Origin: an uncultured Fibrobacterota bacterium
GTDB taxonomy: Bacteria > Fibrobacterota > Fibrobacteria > Fibrobacterales > Fibrobacteraceae
Direction: 5' to 3'
Assembly (NCBI GenBank): GCA_903876665.1
Contig: CAIRAY010000133.1
Location: forward strand, 7,742 to 39,741
Length of the DNA stretch: 32,000 nucleotides
Shown here: piece by piece, positions 25,995 to 32,000 of the stretch
How positions within the stretch are numbered: position 1 is the stretch's first letter
Layout of the letters: each line of letters opens with the position of its first letter
Program-made: the position numbers and the translations under genes
Notes under the pieces: model-generated
Databases searched by the model: none
What the model was told of the DNA's origin: nothing
Seen by the model: the letters and a program-made list of their open reading frames with translations, nothing else

Positions 25995-28900
25995 CTATTT
26001 TCTTTCCAGCAAAATCATGGGTGTCGTGGCGTCCAAAATGGATTCCCATTCCCTGCGGATTCCCTCATATTCCGATGCGTCCGCGTAAACCGACAGAGTT
26101 TCCCAGCGCATGCTGCTCGAGCTGTTCTGGGTTGTTGGCTTCTGGTCCAGCTGGATGTAATTCAGAGCATCCAACCCTTGGGATGCTTGCTTCAGTGAAA
26201 TCCCGAAACGATCTGGTCCACGGACCTTGAGGCTCCAGGAGAAGGTGGTTTCGTGGGGTAAGCGCAAGGGGTGATGGCGTTTGGTGATTTTGGGTAAACG
26301 CATGAAGCTTCTCTCCCAAATATTCGGGAACGCCCCTTGAATCCGGTCGGGACTCTGCCCAAAGTAATGAGCGGAAGTAAAGGTGACAATGAGGACCAGC
26401 GGTTTTGCAAATTCCTGCACGTTCTCTACTTTTAGGCTATTGATGGTGGCGTCAGGAATGGCTTGTTCGAGCCAGTTTGCGAGATAGCGGGTCCGTTCCT
26501 TTTGATCGCGGGAAATCATTTGTGCGCGCATGGCCGAGCCAAATTTGCCAAATAGAGTCAAGCTATCACGAAATTCGGCTTTTCCGGTGGAGTCGATGTA
26601 GAGGCTATGAGCGATGAAGGCTTGGTGTTCCTGGTCTTTTTCGAGAACCGGAGTCACGGAAATTTGAGAAGAATCCCCGTTGATGATTAGCGAAACCTTG
26701 CCTTCCAGATCTAGCGCAATGGGTCTGCGCGCTCCAGCCTTGTCGGTAGGATCTAGCCAAAGATCAGGCCAGTTTTTGCCTGCAGGCACATAGAGGACCA
26801 TGTGGTTGAACTGTTGTATGGTGGGTAAGGCCTCCGAGCCTGGTTCCTCCAAATTGACCAAGGCCATGCGGGACTTGATTCCAATGGTTTCCAGCATTTC
26901 CTTGAGGAGGAGGGACTGATCCTTGCAGTCGCCCTGGCGTTCGTTCAGGGTTGCCAGGGAAAGACTTGGAATCAAGGAATGCCCGCCAAAGGCGATGTCG
27001 CGATAGCGGATGTTTTCGCGCACCCAATCCGCCATGCGGAATATGGTCTCTTGATCGAGGGCGCGGCTACCACGTACTTCAAAGGCCTTTTCCCGTACCG
27101 GAATACTGGATTTAAACTGGTGCTGGATCATGTTCTGGTAATCCCGTCCCACCTGTTCCCAGCTCTGTTTTCCGGCGATCAGGACTCCCGCCCCGAAATC
27201 CCGGTAAACGGGCATAAATACTTCCTTGCGAATGACCACGGGAGCATCCACCGTCCATTCGATTCCACCCGGAACAGCCATTCTTTCAATGGGGCCGTAT
27301 TCTTCGGTAACGATGCTCGAGGTGTCGGTCAGCAGACGCAGAATGTCTTTGCCCACGGGAATGTCCTGTGAAGCCATGTGATGGGTGAAAGGAATCACCC
27401 CGGTATTTTCAATGCTGGTGCGGGAGACTTGAAAATAGATGAAGTCCCCGGGCTTGAGGTCGGTGAGGGGAAGGTGTGCCATTTGGGCATCGCTACCCGA
27501 TCCAGCCTCATTGAGGTAGGTGATGTATGCCTCTTTCACCGACCAGCGGGTTTTGAGCTTCCAACTGGAATCATAGACTTCAAGCGCATTCACAAATATG
27601 CGGTCGAATCCAGGGAGGAATGTGTAGGTAAATTCCTGGAAGAGGCCTGCGCCCCGCGGATCCAAAATCTCGATGAGGGCTTGCTGGGTACGGATCCAGG
27701 ACGCATTCTTGTTGGTCTTGAGAGCCTCTTCCTGCCAGTGGACCACGGCGGGAAATTCCTCGGCCCGGGCGGAATCGACGAGTCCCGCCTTCAATTCATC
27801 CTTCAGGTTACGGGGGCGGGAAACCACGGGTTCAATGGTGGCTTGCAAGGCCCGGATGTCCGCTTTTCCCAGAAACGCCTTGGTCGCGGAAAGGAAACTT
27901 TTCGCATCTTCATCGTCTGGCTTCAGTTCCAAAGCCTTATGCAGGGTGTTCTCTGCCATGCGGAATTGTTTCAAATGGAACTGGGTCTTCCCGCGGGCAT
28001 TCCAAACTTCAAAATTGTTGCTGACTTTGGGAAGTAATTCATCGGAGATGGCCAATGCCTCCTGATGTCTCCCCAAGAATGTGAGCGCATCGATTATGGC
28101 AAGTCCAATATCTTTGTTCAGAGTGAAACGACGTTTTACCGAATAAAGAAGATCCACCGCCTCTGAGTATTGATCGAGGCCCATCAAGGTTTTTGCGACA
28201 TATACGCCAAGCCGTGCCGAGGGTTGCTTGCGGTAAAGACCTTGCACGATCTCCAAGGATTGGGTGCGTTGGCCGATACCCCAAAGGGCGTCCGAGGTGT
28301 TGATCACCAGCTCGGGATCATGTGGGCTATATTGGAGTGCCATCTCATAGTATTGTAGAGCCCGATTGTAATCATGCAGCGATTCGTACATTTCGCCCAG
28401 AATCGCAAGCAGCTTTCCGCTCTTTTTGATCAAGTCGATTTGGGATAGGAAATGGTCTGTTCCCGGGCCGAATAAATTCCTCATTTGGTAAACAAATCCA
28501 CAATTGATCAAATACAAGGGTTCGGAAGGATCCATGTGGTTTGCTTTTTCAAAATAGGACAATGCGACCAGAGGCTGATCTTCGGCTAGGCGCAACAAGC
28601 CGACTTGATTTACGATGCGTGCGTTGAATTGTTGCAGGCGGGCCTGCTGGGGGAGACCTCCGGCCGGAACGGGCTCCAGCTTGAGACCATCAAGGGCGCG
28701 GTCAATCGCTTTGCGGTATCCACCGGCCAAAGAATTTTGGGTCCAGGTCGCGATCAGGATTCCGCGCCCATTTTCGTAAAAGAATCGTCCCCGATAAAAG
28801 AAGTCATAGCCACTGATCAGGCGGACGCTTTGGAAATCCTGGGTGAATACGTCCCCACTGCCTTTTTTTGTGGTTTCGAGATCGGGCGAGTCCGGGTCGA

Positions 28901-29786
28901 GTCCCAGGCGAACCATGAATACCCGGAAAAGGTCCCGGCTGGATACTTCCCCAGGGTCGACAACGGCGCCATATACGAACAGGGAGATTTCTTCGGAGGC
29001 GTTGGTGAGGGTCAAATCAGGATCGGAATTGATGGCCTCAAGACTTGTCCAGCGGTGCCAAAGGGTGTCTGGGCTTGTCCAGCGGTAACCCAGGGTCGAG
29101 GACTGGTAATTCTGCATGCGCTCCGGACTGACCGCAGGTCCTTTGGCTTTGAGGAGGTTCTGGTCGATTTGCAAGCCCGCAAAAAAGTTTTGGAATAGTC
29201 TGCGGAATTCTGTCCGGTCTCGGACCTGGTCTGCCCCACTGAGCGCTAAGGTAAAAACCTGGTTGCCGGCAAGGGCGGACAAGCCAACGGATTGAACGGG
29301 CTGGCCATCTTTTTCGCTGGCGCTTTCCCATCCCATCCCAGAAAGTTGGCCCTGGTCCATGGGCCTCAATTCTGAATAATGGATTTTCAGACTCCCGCTT
29401 TCGCGGCTTTGAATTTCAGCCTGGGCGCGGTCGGCAACCTGGGCGGCTTCATCGGGGGAGACCTCGTCCGAGGAGAGGACGGCGCGCAGCCCGGATTTGG
29501 GGTCGAAAAATTCCAGGGCCGCCAAAGGGTTGCTGGGATCGCTGACGAGGACCCATTCGGGGCCAGGAGCCACAAAGCGAAAGCCAGATCTTTGCAGATC
29601 GAGTGTTACCCCCGTGCCTTGGTCGAGAACCTGCTCCGCGGCAGTTGGAATCTCGCTCGGGGAGGTCTTGGGGGCTGCCCGTGAGGTTGTTTCGGTAGCC
29701 TTGGAGGGTTCCGCTGTGGCAGAGGGGTGCTGGGAGCAACCTAGGGCCAGGAGGAGGGGGAGCAATGCGCAAGTCTGGTTTCTCAT
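25995..29786 (-). CDS. Large lipoprotein with TPR repeats and a transglutaminase-like (Cys-His-Asp) core, DUF3857/DUF3858-style layout
   Basis: Lipobox LLALGC|SQ. TPR-like repeats at aa ~395-640. Triad motifs QGDCKDQS, FNHMVLYV, WLDPTD at aa ~950-1015. Confidence 0.7.
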   Translation of the reverse strand: MRNQTCALLPLLLALGCSQHPSATAEPSKATETTSRAAPKTSPSEIPTAAEQVLDQGTGVTLDLQRSGFRFVAPGPEWVLVSDPSNPLAALEFFDPKSGLRAVLSSDEVSPDEAAQVADRAQAEIQSRESGSLKIHYSELRPMDQGQLSGMGWESASEKDGQPVQSVGLSALAGNQVFTLALSGADQVRDRTEFRRLFQNFFAGLQIDQNLLKAKGPAVSPERMQNYQSSTLGYRWTSPDTLWHRWTSLEAINSDPDLTLTNASEEISLFVYGAVVDPGEVSSRDLFRVFMVRLGLDPDSPDLETTKKGSGDVFTQDFQSVRLISGYDFFYRGRFFYENGRGILIATWTQNSLAGGYRKAIDRALDGLKLEPVPAGGLPQQARLQQFNARIVNQVGLLRLAEDQPLVALSYFEKANHMDPSEPLYLINCGFVYQMRNLFGPGTDHFLSQIDLIKKSGKLLAILGEMYESLHDYNRALQYYEMALQYSPHDPELVINTSDALWGIGQRTQSLEIVQGLYRKQPSARLGVYVAKTLMGLDQYSEAVDLLYSVKRRFTLNKDIGLAIIDALTFLGRHQEALAISDELLPKVSNNFEVWNARGKTQFHLKQFRMAENTLHKALELKPDDEDAKSFLSATKAFLGKADIRALQATIEPVVSRPRNLKDELKAGLVDSARAEEFPAVVHWQEEALKTNKNASWIRTQQALIEILDPRGAGLFQEFTYTFLPGFDRIFVNALEVYDSSWKLKTRWSVKEAYITYLNEAGSGSDAQMAHLPLTDLKPGDFIYFQVSRTSIENTGVIPFTHHMASQDIPVGKDILRLLTDTSSIVTEEYGPIERMAVPGGIEWTVDAPVVIRKEVFMPVYRDFGAGVLIAGKQSWEQVGRDYQNMIQHQFKSSIPVREKAFEVRGSRALDQETIFRMADWVRENIRYRDIAFGGHSLIPSLSLATLNERQGDCKDQSLLLKEMLETIGIKSRMALVNLEEPGSEALPTIQQFNHMVLYVPAGKNWPDLWLDPTDKAGARRPIALDLEGKVSLIINGDSSQISVTPVLEKDQEHQAFIAHSLYIDSTGKAEFRDSLTLFGKFGSAMRAQMISRDQKERTRYLANWLEQAIPDATINSLKVENVQEFAKPLVLIVTFTSAHYFGQSPDRIQGAFPNIWERSFMRLPKITKRHHPLRLPHETTFSWSLKVRGPDRFGISLKQASQGLDALNYIQLDQKPTTQNSSSSMRWETLSVYADASEYEGIRREWESILDATTPMILLERK

Positions 29787-29862
29787 TCTATCAACCTACA
29801 GAAACCCTTGCCATACATGGGAAAGGGGAGGGGAATTTTACATTATTTTACCGCATCCATGA

Positions 29863-30945
<1,083 letters not shown>

Positions 30946-30973
30946 TTCGTGACCTGATTCATTCAGAATCTTT

Positions 30974-31008
30974 GGGCCCTGCTCTTCGGAGCGGGGTCCT
31001 TTTCTTTT
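30974..31008 (+). terminator. Strong rho-independent terminator after gap
   Basis: GGGCCCTGCTC-TTCG-GAGCGGGGTCC (11-bp stem with two G-U pairs, tetraloop) followed by TTTTCTTTT. Confidence 0.85.
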
Positions 31009-31119
31009 GGGACTACAAAAGCTAAAGGCGAGTATATATTTCTTCTACTGGGTCCAACTTTCCCAGAATTTCCTTGAAACTGACTCCTGGTTTGCGCATA
31101 ATCAAATCAGACACACCCT

Positions 31120-31125
31120 AGGAGG
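31120..31125 (+). promoter_or_regulatory. Shine-Dalgarno AGGAGG for the pilin-like gene
   Basis: AGGAGG lies 4 nt upstream of ATG 31130. Confidence 0.6.
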
Positions 31126-31129
31126 CTGT

Positions 31130-31810
31130 ATGCTGGGCTTAAATACAAGCAAACAAAAGAAGAATGGCGGGTTTACCTTGATCGAAATGATTGGGGTGCT
31201 TGCGATCATCGCCATTCTGGTGGCTGCAGTCGCTCCGCGGATTTTTGAAGCGATCGAGGATTCCAAGGTGACCAGCGCTTCGACAATGGCCAAGTCCGTC
31301 CAGGTGGCCTGCACCAAATATTATGCCGATATGGGCACTCTGAATCCAATTTTAGATGTGAGCGCAGCCACTCCCGCTTTTGGGAATTCGGATGGGTCCG
31401 CCCTTGCCGGGTCCTTGGCAGGAACGCTTACGCACACAAGGGATCCAGCGACTCAGAATGCGGGTTCCTGGCCAAGATTCCGTGGCCAGTATCTTGAGGC
31501 ATTCAATAATGCCGACGCTCCTTTGGGGACCGAAATGCGTTTAGCGGCAGTGGTGGCGGCAGCCCAGGGTGCAACCACCGCTGGAACAGAAACAAATTTT
31601 GACTTGACCGGGGATGGCAATGATGATCTTGTAACTCCAGCGACGGTGGTTTCCCTTGTATTCAATGGAGTCAGCGCCCGTGAATGGGAAAAACTGGATG
31701 CCATTATTGATGCTGCAGGCCTTGAAGGGAAAAATGAGACTCAGCGGGCGACTCAGGGTCGGGTCAAGTATAATGCTGGAACGGTCCGCATTTACATAGG
31801 TCACAAATAA
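31130..31810 (+). CDS. Type IV pilin / T2SS pseudopilin-like protein
   Basis: Prepilin leader MLGLNTSKQKKNG|FTLIEMIGVLAIIAILVAAVAP with Gly-1, Phe+1, Glu+5 and a hydrophobic helix. The track's upstream extension is implausible. Confidence 0.8.
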   Translation: MLGLNTSKQKKNGGFTLIEMIGVLAIIAILVAAVAPRIFEAIEDSKVTSASTMAKSVQVACTKYYADMGTLNPILDVSAATPAFGNSDGSALAGSLAGTLTHTRDPATQNAGSWPRFRGQYLEAFNNADAPLGTEMRLAAVVAAAQGATTAGTETNFDLTGDGNDDLVTPATVVSLVFNGVSAREWEKLDAIIDAAGLEGKNETQRATQGRVKYNAGTVRIYIGHK

Positions 31811-31843
31811 AATACATCAATCGTTTAGGGTGGTTTGTTGTTC

Positions 31844-31880
31844 TTGCCATGCCGTTGTTGTTGTCATGCCCGGCACGGCC
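31844..31880 (+). repeat. Copy of the dispersed intergenic repeat: degenerate CTTGCCATGCC then TTGTCATGCCCGGCACGGC, 17-nt spacing
   Basis: 31862-31880 is the exact reverse complement of 8675-8693. Same tandem architecture as 17688-17743. Confidence 0.7.
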
Positions 31881-31886
31881 GATGTG

Positions 31887-31911
31887 CTGCCAGTTACGGT
31901 TACTGGCAGCT
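31887..31911 (+). other. 9-bp perfect hairpin right after the repeat (GCTGCCAGT-7 nt-ACTGGCAGC); possible terminator lacking a U-tract
   Basis: 31887-31895 pairs with 31903-31911. Confidence 0.35.
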
Positions 31912-32000
31912 ATGCAAAGCTTGGCCACTTTTGGCTTCGCCAATTTCCACACAGTGGATATGTGCCTGTAACCGCTGAAGCGGAACAGGCATATCAAGTC

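Noticed and set aside
31964-31990. Hairpin GCCTG-(TAA)-CCGC-TGAA-GCGG-(AA)-CAGGC at the window edge
   Set aside because: The structure is real, but it lies 10 nt from the end of the window with no downstream context, so it cannot be interpreted.

Overview
32-kb chromosomal window with no rRNA, tRNA, CRISPR, integrase, transposase or phage genes that I can see. All family calls come from reading motifs in the ORF translations; no database search was run. The FISUMP-domain protein and the many lipoproteins weakly suggest a Fibrobacterota/FCB-type Gram-negative. Left to right: (1) 5'-truncated secreted protein with two FISUMP domains. (2) Minus-strand three-gene operon: CHASE2-adenylate cyclase-PilZ, FecR-domain protein, secreted beta-helix/barrel-like protein. 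(3) PL8 polysaccharide lyase. (4) Tightly coupled minus-strand chemosensory operon mcp-cheA-cheW-cheB-cheR-cheY. (5) trpS. (6) Plus-strand six-gene operon: membrane-anchored FliF-RBM/FliG-like fusion, periplasmic-domain plus beta-barrel OMP, TPR lipoprotein, MotA, MotB, 2-TM protein. (7) ychF, a small lipoprotein, a 1263-aa TPR/transglutaminase-like lipoprotein, gap, and a type IV pilin-like gene. The standout is item 6: a rotor-like protein and a bona fide MotAB stator with no other flagellar genes in the window, next to a complete Che operon. It may be a flagellum-independent, chemosensory-controlled envelope motor. Secondary points are a degenerate CheB receiver, a CheA with two CheW domains plus a receiver, a PilZ-tagged cyclase, and a short repeat family (core TTGTCATGCCCGGCA) in three intergenic regions.
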